Shown here: in pieces, positions 57,184 through 64,000 of the stretch | Position numbering within the stretch: the stretch's first letter is position 1 | How the letters are laid out: each line of letters starts with the position of its first letter | IMG/VR virus record: IMGVR_UViG_3300034110_001068 | Coordinates: 7,014 to 71,013 of that record | Length of the DNA: 64,000 nt | Reading direction: 5' to 3' (one strand) | Origin: a virus | Made by a program: the position numbers and the translations under genes | Notes under the pieces: model-generated | What the model was told of the DNA's origin: nothing | Databases searched by the model: none | The model's input: only the letters and a program-made list of their open reading frames with translations

Positions 57184-58143
57184 ATGTTCAAAATAATCAA
57201 AGCGTGGTGGGCCCGCAATGTTTTCCGGGCGAACCCATGGCACGACAAGTTCGTGCTGCTGAACTTTATTGATCTGTACTACAAAGGCCAGCGCGACAGT
57301 GTCCTGGGCGTCACGTTGAACTCCGGCGATCAGGGCGACTACCCCGGCAACAAGCTGGTACTCCAGATCTGGAAATACTCGGCCTGGATCAAGATCCCCA
57401 AAATCATTAAGCCGTGGGCTGAGCAGCACACCTTCACCAGCCTGAGCCCTGAAGCGGAAGCCAAGCGAATTGCAGAGTACGGGCACCTTCATTACTACGA
57501 ATACCACTCCCGCCAGTTCGGCTTCCACCTAACCACTCACGGGATCCATACCAACTTCGGCCCGAGCACTTGGGATTCCAAGACCACGAAGTCTCGCTAT
57601 CACTCGTTCCCATGGCGCGAGTTTGATCTCGTGCGCCATGTCATCTGCGACGCTTCGGGCATCGAACACACCGAAAAGGGAAAGGGTGTCAGCCTCGACT
57701 ACAAGGAAAGGTCAGCGATCAAGGACGCCATGCCGCGCTACGTCTTCCTGCTTCAGGACTACGACGGCGAGGAAATCCGTGCCTATTGCTACATGGAGAA
57801 GCGCGTATACCGCGTAGGCACCGGCTGGGTGAAGAAGTATTTCGGTGCGCTGCGACCCACTCGAACATTCGTTCAGCTTGAAATCTCGTTCGATGGCGAG
57901 ACGGGCCCCGAGAAAGGGTCGTGGAAAGGCGGAACGATCGGCACAGGTAGTCGCGCAGAGAAAGGCGATAAGCACGACGCCCAGTTCCTGATCGAGAAAT
58001 ATTGCGCCGGAACGCATCGCGCCAAAGGCTCCCAATACCAGATGACCCTGGTGCGCCGTGAGCCCGATGCACCCTACACCAACGAGACGTACCGGAAGGC
58101 TTCGGCCGAGCGGCGCGGCGAAACTTACGCCCCTCTCGCATAA
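57184..58143 (+). CDS. hypothetical protein (319 aa)
   Basis: Start MFKIIK with SD GAGGT; GSWKGGTIG motif; no family recognised. Confidence 0.75.
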   Translation: MFKIIKAWWARNVFRANPWHDKFVLLNFIDLYYKGQRDSVLGVTLNSGDQGDYPGNKLVLQIWKYSAWIKIPKIIKPWAEQHTFTSLSPEAEAKRIAEYGHLHYYEYHSRQFGFHLTTHGIHTNFGPSTWDSKTTKSRYHSFPWREFDLVRHVICDASGIEHTEKGKGVSLDYKERSAIKDAMPRYVFLLQDYDGEEIRAYCYMEKRVYRVGTGWVKKYFGALRPTRTFVQLEISFDGETGPEKGSWKGGTIGTGSRAEKGDKHDAQFLIEKYCAGTHRAKGSQYQMTLVRREPDAPYTNETYRKASAERRGETYAPLA

Positions 58144-58187
58144 CCCATCACCACCTTCTGCCGCCACGCGCGGCATGGAGCATCATC

Positions 58188-58382
58188 ATGTTTCTCACCG
58201 CTGAAGAAGTGGCCGAGCTCACCGGCTACACGAAGCCTGGCGCCCAAATAAAATGGCTGCAGGCGGAAAAATACGGGTTCGCCATCGACGGTTACGGCAA
58301 GCCGAAAGTGCTGCGCCAGGTTGTCATTGGCCGGCTCGGTGGTATTCAATCGAAGAAAGGTCCGGAACTCCGGCTCGCATAA
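58188..58382 (+). CDS. DUF4224 excisionase-like protein
   Basis: FLTAEEVAELTG..QIKWL..GKPKVLR immediately before integrase. Confidence 0.8.
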   Translation: MFLTAEEVAELTGYTKPGAQIKWLQAEKYGFAIDGYGKPKVLRQVVIGRLGGIQSKKGPELRLA

Positions 58383-58394
58383 GGAAGGCAACGA

Positions 58395-59372
58395 ATGCGC
58401 CCTCGCAAGAAAGACCGGCACCTGCCGGCGTGCATGTACCAGAAGCACGGCGCTTACTACCTGGTGCGCAAAGGGAAGTGGCTGCGCCTTGGAACAGATT
58501 TCCAGGCGTCGCTCGTTGAATATGCGAAGGCGATCAACAAGGGCAATCAGGGCGGGATGCCTAAGCTGATTGATGACGCGCTGGCGTCGATGGCGCCGAA
58601 GCTTTCCCCAAACACCGTCATCCAGTACGAGGCTGCGGCTGCTCGACTGAAAGATGCTTTCGCCGACTTCGAGCCGCGCGACGTGCTGCCCCGCCATGTG
58701 GCTGCGCTGAAAATGCACATGGCCAGCACGCCGAACATGTCGAACCGGGTGATTTCGTTTTTGAGGATGGTCTTCATGTACGCCTTGGAGAGCCAGCTGG
58801 TGGACTCCAATCCCTGCACAGGAATCCGGCGACATGCGGAGAAGCGGCGCGATCGGTACATTACCGATGCTGAGTTTGAAAAGATCTGCGAGAAGGCGAG
58901 CCCGAACATGCGGGTCATTTATGAGATGTGCTACCTGACCGGGCAGCGGATCAGCGACGTGCTGTCCATACACCTGTCAGATATCAGCGAGGAAGGTATT
59001 GCGTTCAAGCAGCAGAAGACCGGCGCGCGCCTGATCGTCCGAATGAGCCCAGACCTCGAAGCGTTGGTCGCAAGGATCAAAGCCTTGCCGCGCACAATCC
59101 GGGGCCTGACATTGTTCTGCTCGCCACGGGGCGGGAAACCTGTTCATTACAGCTCGGTGAAGGATGCGTTCAAGCGCAACTGTGACGCAGCCGGGGTCGT
59201 CGGCGCAACGCTGCACGACCTGCGCGCGAAGTCGCTGACCGACACCGACAAGCAGGGCAACAACGCCCAGAAACTCGGCGGGCACACCGACGCGAAAATG
59301 ACGGCGCGCTATCTGCGCCTGCGCGAAACCGACATCGCAGAGCCGCCGACAATGCCGAAAAAATCCCTGTAG
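58395..59372 (+). CDS. int: prophage tyrosine integrase
   Basis: TGQRISD, QQKTG, HDLRAK, GGH, RY; adjacent to att. Confidence 0.95.
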   Translation: MRPRKKDRHLPACMYQKHGAYYLVRKGKWLRLGTDFQASLVEYAKAINKGNQGGMPKLIDDALASMAPKLSPNTVIQYEAAAARLKDAFADFEPRDVLPRHVAALKMHMASTPNMSNRVISFLRMVFMYALESQLVDSNPCTGIRRHAEKRRDRYITDAEFEKICEKASPNMRVIYEMCYLTGQRISDVLSIHLSDISEEGIAFKQQKTGARLIVRMSPDLEALVARIKALPRTIRGLTLFCSPRGGKPVHYSSVKDAFKRNCDAAGVVGATLHDLRAKSLTDTDKQGNNAQKLGGHTDAKMTARYLRLRETDIAEPPTMPKKSL

Positions 59373-59389
59373 TATTAGACAATTGCCAA

Positions 59390-61993
59390 GTGTCAAATAG
59401 ACAGATAGAGCCAAAGCCTTTGAATACCGACGTTTCCAGCCATACCCCAATGATGCAGCAATACTGGCGCCTGAAGAATCAGCACCCGGATCAGCTGATG
59501 TTCTACCGCATGGGCGATTTCTACGAGATCTTCTACGAAGATGCGAAGAAAGCCGCCAAATTGCTGGATATCACCCTGACCGCGCGCGGGCAGTCGGCGG
59601 GTCAGGCGATTCCGATGTGTGGGATTCCTTACCACGCCGCGGAAGGTTATCTGGCGAAACTGGTCAAGCTCGGCGAGTCGGTGGTGATCTGTGAACAGGT
59701 CGGTGACCCGGCCACCAGCAAAGGCCCGGTCGAACGCCAGGTCGTGCGTATCATCACCCCGGGAACGGTCAGTGATGAAGCGCTGCTGGACGAGCGTCGC
59801 GATAATTTGATCGCAGCCGTATTGGGCGACGAGCGTCTGTTTGGTCTGGCGGTGCTGGACATCACCAGCGGCAATTTCACCGTGCTCGAAATCAAAGGCT
59901 GGGAAAACCTCCTGGCCGAGCTGGAGCGCGTGAATCCGGTTGAGCTGCTGATCCCGGATGACTGGCCGAAAGACCTGCCGGCGGAAAAACGCCGTGGCGT
60001 GCGTCGTCGTGCGCCGTGGGACTTCGAGCGTGACTCTGCGTTGAAAAGTCTCTGCCAGCAGTTTTCCACCCAAGACCTGAAAGGCTTCGGCTGCGAAAAC
60101 CTGACCCTGGCCATTGGCGCTGCCGGTTGCCTGTTGGCCTACGCCAAGGAAACCCAGCGCACCGCCCTGCCTCACTTGCGCAGCCTGCGTCACGAACGCC
60201 TCGATGACACCGTGGTGCTGGACGGTGCCAGCCGGCGCAATCTGGAACTCGACACCAACCTGGCCGGCGGCCGCGACAACACCCTGCAATCGGTCGTTGA
60301 TCGCTGCCAGACCGCCATGGGCAGCCGTTTGCTCACTCGTTGGCTGAACCGGCCACTGCGCGATCTCTCCGTACTGCTGGCCCGCCAAACCTCGATCCGT
60401 TGCCTGCTCGACGGTTACCGCTTCGAAAAGCTGCAACCGCAGCTCAAGGAAATCGGTGACATCGAGCGGATCCTGGCGCGGATCGGTCTGCGCAACGCGC
60501 GGCCGCGTGACCTTGCGCGTCTGCGCGATGCACTCGGCGCACTGCCTGAACTGCAAGTGGCGATGACCGATCTGGAAGCGCCGCACTTGCAGCATCTGGC
60601 GGCTACCACCAGCACTTACCCGGAACTGGCGGCGCTGCTGGCAAAAGCCATTATCGATAACCCGCCTGCGGTGATCCGTGACGGCGGCGTGCTGAAAACC
60701 GGTTACGACAGCGAGCTTGATGAACTGCAATCACTGAGCGAAAACGCCGGACAGTTCCTCATCGATCTGGAAGCCCGCGAAAAGGCCCGCACCGGCCTGG
60801 CCAATCTGAAAGTCGGCTACAACCGCATCCACGGCTACTTCATCGAATTGCCGAGCAAGCAGGCTGAGTCGGCGCCGGCGGACTACATCCGCCGGCAGAC
60901 ACTGAAGGGCGCCGAGCGATTCATCACGCCGGAGTTGAAAGAGTTCGAAGATAAAGCGCTGTCGGCCAAGAGCCGCGCGCTGGCTCGGGAAAAAATGCTT
61001 TACGAGGCGCTGCTCGAGGACTTGATCAGCCAATTGCCGCCGTTGCAGGACACCGCCGGGGCGCTGGCTGAGCTCGATGTGCTGAGCAACCTCGCCGAGC
61101 GTGCGCTGAATCTTGACCTCAACTGCCCGCGTTTCGTCAGCGAGCCGTGCATGCGCATCACCCAGGGTCGTCACCCGGTGGTCGAGCAAGTGCTGACCAC
61201 ACCGTTCGTAGCCAACGATCTTAGCCTGGACGACAACACGCGCATGCTGGTCATCACCGGCCCGAACATGGGCGGTAAGTCCACCTACATGCGGCAAACA
61301 GCTCTGATTGTGCTCCTGGCGCATATCGGCAGCTTTGTACCGGCCGCCAGTTGCGAGCTGTCGCTGGTGGATCGGATTTTCACCCGCATCGGTTCCAGCG
61401 ATGACCTCGCTGGCGGTCGTTCGACTTTCATGGTCGAGATGAGCGAAACCGCCAATATCCTGCATAACGCTACCGAGCGCAGTCTGGTGCTGATGGACGA
61501 AGTCGGACGTGGCACCAGCACTTTCGACGGTCTGTCGCTGGCGTGGGCGGCGGCTGAGCGTCTGGCCCATCTGCGCGCCTACACCCTGTTCGCCACCCAT
61601 TATTTTGAACTGACCGTGCTGCCCGAAGCCGAACCTCTTGTCGCTAACGTGCACCTCAACGCTACCGAGCACAACGAACGCATCGTGTTCCTGCACCACG
61701 TTCTGCCCGGGCCTGCCAGTCAGAGCTATGGCCTGGCGGTGGCGCAACTGGCGGGCGTGCCGAGCGAAGTGATCCTGCGCGCGCGCGAGCATCTGAGCCG
61801 CCTGGAAGACACTGCCCTGCCCCACGAAGCCCCGAAACCGGCGGCCAAGGGGAAACCCTCGACACCCCAGCAAAGCGATATGTTTGCCTCGCTGCCGCAT
61901 CCTGTACTGGACGAATTGGCGAAAGTGGATCTGGACGACATGACGCCACGGCGTGCGCTCGAAATGCTCTACGCACTGAAGAACCGGATATAA
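59390..61993 (+). CDS. mutS: DNA mismatch repair protein MutS with phage-supplied N-terminus (start GTG 59390, TTG 59420 or ATG 59450)
   Basis: [32 protein letters not shown]. Confidence 0.98.
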   Translation: MSNRQIEPKPLNTDVSSHTPMMQQYWRLKNQHPDQLMFYRMGDFYEIFYEDAKKAAKLLDITLTARGQSAGQAIPMCGIPYHAAEGYLAKLVKLGESVVICEQVGDPATSKGPVERQVVRIITPGTVSDEALLDERRDNLIAAVLGDERLFGLAVLDITSGNFTVLEIKGWENLLAELERVNPVELLIPDDWPKDLPAEKRRGVRRRAPWDFERDSALKSLCQQFSTQDLKGFGCENLTLAIGAAGCLLAYAKETQRTALPHLRSLRHERLDDTVVLDGASRRNLELDTNLAGGRDNTLQSVVDRCQTAMGSRLLTRWLNRPLRDLSVLLARQTSIRCLLDGYRFEKLQPQLKEIGDIERILARIGLRNARPRDLARLRDALGALPELQVAMTDLEAPHLQHLAATTSTYPELAALLAKAIIDNPPAVIRDGGVLKTGYDSELDELQSLSENAGQFLIDLEAREKARTGLANLKVGYNRIHGYFIELPSKQAESAPADYIRRQTLKGAERFITPELKEFEDKALSAKSRALAREKMLYEALLEDLISQLPPLQDTAGALAELDVLSNLAERALNLDLNCPRFVSEPCMRITQGRHPVVEQVLTTPFVANDLSLDDNTRMLVITGPNMGGKSTYMRQTALIVLLAHIGSFVPAASCELSLVDRIFTRIGSSDDLAGGRSTFMVEMSETANILHNATERSLVLMDEVGRGTSTFDGLSLAWAAAERLAHLRAYTLFATHYFELTVLPEAEPLVANVHLNATEHNERIVFLHHVLPGPASQSYGLAVAQLAGVPSEVILRAREHLSRLEDTALPHEAPKPAAKGKPSTPQQSDMFASLPHPVLDELAKVDLDDMTPRRALEMLYALKNRI
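59444..59460 (+). repeat. right att core ACCCCAATGATGCAGCA
   Basis: Identical to 18707-18723. Confidence 0.92.
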
Positions 61994-62156
61994 GCACTGA
62001 AGAAGCGGATATAACGCAAATCGCTTCAAGCTGTTAGAATCTCGCGCGGTTCGGGATGCTGCTGGCTCATAGCCTGGTCAGCAGGTATCGCTCCCGAACC
62101 TGGCGACCCCAACCGTGAAGGGGCAACGCTGCCGCCGCCTGAGGAGAAAATTAGAA

Positions 62157-62480
62157 ATGACCTTCGTCGTCACCGACAACTGCATCAAGTGCAAGTACAC
62201 CGACTGCGTAGAAGTCTGTCCGGTGGACTGCTTTTACGAAGGCCCGAACTTCCTGGTGATTCACCCGGACGAGTGCATCGACTGCGCGCTGTGTGAACCA
62301 GAATGCCCGGCTGTGGCGATCTTCTCGGAAGACGAGATCCCAAGTGGCATGGAAAACTTCATCGAGCTCAACGCCGAGCTGGCAGATATCTGGCCGAACA
62401 TCACCGAGCGCAAGGATCCTCTTCCGGATTCCGCCGAGTGGGATGGCAAGCCGAACAAGATCGAACAACTCGAACGCTGA
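62157..62480 (+). CDS. fdxA: ferredoxin I (7Fe)
   Basis: [37 protein letters not shown]. Confidence 0.97.
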   Translation: MTFVVTDNCIKCKYTDCVEVCPVDCFYEGPNFLVIHPDECIDCALCEPECPAVAIFSEDEIPSGMENFIELNAELADIWPNITERKDPLPDSAEWDGKPNKIEQLER

Positions 62481-62496
62481 TCGCTCGCGCTCGATT

Positions 62497-62520
62497 GAAA
62501 AGGCCCTTGCGGGCCTTTTT
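62497..62520 (+). terminator. fdxA terminator
   Basis: AGGCCC/GGGCCT + T-run. Confidence 0.8.
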
Positions 62521-62550
62521 GCTTTTGCAGCTATCACTTTTCTGCAGGCG

Positions 62551-62678
62551 AAAAAAGGGGCGGTATGACCCGCCCACATTTTTTCCCTATTCCCTGTGAT
62601 CCTTTTCATCGTCCTGATGAATCGCTTCCTGCGATGTCCATTCCCCTCCTCCGTGAAGGGCGTGTCTGTCCGTCGACA
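62551..62678 (-). ncRNA. rsmZ: RsmZ (PrrB) small RNA
   Basis: Multiple GGA motifs, terminal GGGCGG..CCGCCCC-T6 hairpin, conserved rpoS-fdxA position. Confidence 0.93.
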
Positions 62679-62851
62679 CACTTGAGATATTAGCGGTTTT
62701 GCGCTGAGGAGCAATTGGCCCTCGGTGCGCTTGCGACCTGTCATAAAGGCATAACAATGAAAAAATACGATTAAAAATCAGAAGCTTAGCGGTTGTAGCA
62801 GATGGCGATCGCCGTCTACCGAAGTGTAAAAATAACGAACACTTACGGCAC

Positions 62852-62869
62852 AGTAAGCGAAGGCTTACA
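62852..62869 (-). promoter_or_regulatory. GacA box (UAS) of rsmZ
   Basis: TGTAAG-CCTTCG-CTTACT on minus strand. Confidence 0.8.
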
Positions 62870-62953
62870 GCGCGAGACGACAAACACAGAAATTGCCGAC
62901 CGCTTGTCTGGTGCCCTGCCTGCCAGACCGAGTGCACGAGGAAGGTTGTCAAC

Positions 62954-62990
62954 AAAAAGCCCCGACTGATCAAATCAGCCGGGGCTTTTT
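62954..62990 (-). terminator. rpoS terminator (bidirectional)
   Basis: AAAAAGCCCCG..CGGGGCTTTTT. Confidence 0.8.
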
Positions 62991-63010
62991 GCGGGCGGTC
63001 AAAAAAGCAC

Positions 63011-64000
63011 TTATTGAAACAGCGACTCGCTCGACAGGCCATTCTTCTCGAGGATTTCGCGCAAACGCTTGAGGCCCTCAACCTGGATCTGCCGAACCCG
63101 CTCACGGGTCAGACCGATCTCCAGGCCTACGTCTTCCAGGGTGCTGCTCTCGTGGCCGCGCAGGCCGAAGCGGCGAATCACCACCTCACGCTGCTTGTCG
63201 GTCAGCTCCGACAGCCATTGATCGATGCTCTGAGACAGGTCGTCATCCTGCAGCAGTTCGCAAGGATCGGTGGGACGATCGTCAGTGAGCGTGTCCAGCA
63301 GGGTTTTATCCGAATCCGGACCCAGCGAGACGTCGACCGAAGATACCCGTTCATTCAGGCCGAGCATACGCTTGACCTCGCCTACCGGTTTTTCCAGCAG
63401 GTTGGCGATTTCTTCGGGTGAAGGTTCGTGATCGAGTTTTTGCGTCAGCTCCCGTGCAGCCCGCAGGTACACGTTGAGTTCCTTGACCACATGAATCGGC
63501 AACCGAATGGTCCGGGTCTGATTCATGATCGCGCGTTCGATGGTCTGACGGATCCACCAGGTCGCATAGGTCGAGAAGCGGAAGCCGCGCTCGGGATCGA
63601 ACTTTTCCACCGCGCGGATCAGGCCGAGGTTGCCCTCTTCGATGAGATCCAGCAGCGACAGCCCACGATTGACGTAACGCCGAGCGATCTTGACCACCAG
63701 CCGCAGGTTACTTTCGATCATGCGCTTGCGCCCGGCCGGGTCACCACTTTGCGACAAGCGCGCAAAATGAACTTCTTCTTCCGGAGAGAGCAGAGGGGAA
63801 AAGCCGATTTCGTTGAGATACAGCTGCGTGGCATCAAGTGCCCGAGTGTAGTCGATGTACTTATGTTGTTTGAGTGTGGCGGAGTGTCTGGATTTGGAAC
63901 GAACGGAAGGTGGAGCAGCCCCTTCATCATTCAACATCGAATCCGAATCGATGCCGGTCTCCATAAGGAGAACCTCATCGTCGATGTCAAACTCCGGCAC
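63011..64000 (-). CDS. rpoS: RNA polymerase sigma factor RpoS (5' end beyond window)
   Basis: [37 protein letters not shown]. Confidence 0.97.
   Translation of the reverse strand: MPEFDIDDEVLLMETGIDSDSMLNDEGAAPPSVRSKSRHSATLKQHKYIDYTRALDATQLYLNEIGFSPLLSPEEEVHFARLSQSGDPAGRKRMIESNLRLVVKIARRYVNRGLSLLDLIEEGNLGLIRAVEKFDPERGFRFSTYATWWIRQTIERAIMNQTRTIRLPIHVVKELNVYLRAARELTQKLDHEPSPEEIANLLEKPVGEVKRMLGLNERVSSVDVSLGPDSDKTLLDTLTDDRPTDPCELLQDDDLSQSIDQWLSELTDKQREVVIRRFGLRGHESSTLEDVGLEIGLTRERVRQIQVEGLKRLREILEKNGLSSESLFQ

Larger units (their letters stand above)
18707..59460. mobile_element. lambdoid prophage (HK97-like head, Mu-like contractile tail), 40,737 bp, integrated in mutS
   Basis: 17-bp direct repeat at both ends, integrase adjacent to right end, complete immunity, replication, packaging, head, tail and lysis modules. 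Confidence 0.95.

Noticed and set aside
59383-59411. Phage-supplied mutS promoter TTGCCA-17-TAGAGC
   Set aside because: -10 element is poor; not enough to call

Overview
Pseudomonas (fluorescens-complex-like) chromosome at the mutS locus, in four blocks. (1) 1-8530: 5' part of a Mu-tail-like R-type tailocin cluster on the minus strand (PrtR-like repressor, long structured leader, holin, a Com-like zinc finger missed by the ORF track, an LlpA lectin-like bacteriocin, tail genes). (2) 8800-18437: an AT-richer cargo island resembling a three-component (GtrABC-type) glycan-modification system with its own sugar-nucleotide pathway. (3) 18707-59460: an apparently intact 40.7 kb lambdoid prophage (HK97-type head, Mu-type contractile tail closely related to the tailocin). 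It is integrated inside the 5' end of mutS (17-bp att core), separates mutS from its native start and supplies a replacement N-terminus. (4) Core genes mutS, fdxA, rsmZ, rpoS. Most notable: a ~150-nt non-coding element occurs twice, in the tailocin leader (7428-7576, minus) and in the prophage PL leader (50481-50628, plus), with compensatory stem substitutions and downstream terminators, making it a candidate cis-acting RNA antiterminator shared by phage and tailocin. All family assignments come from motif recognition and synteny; no database search was run.
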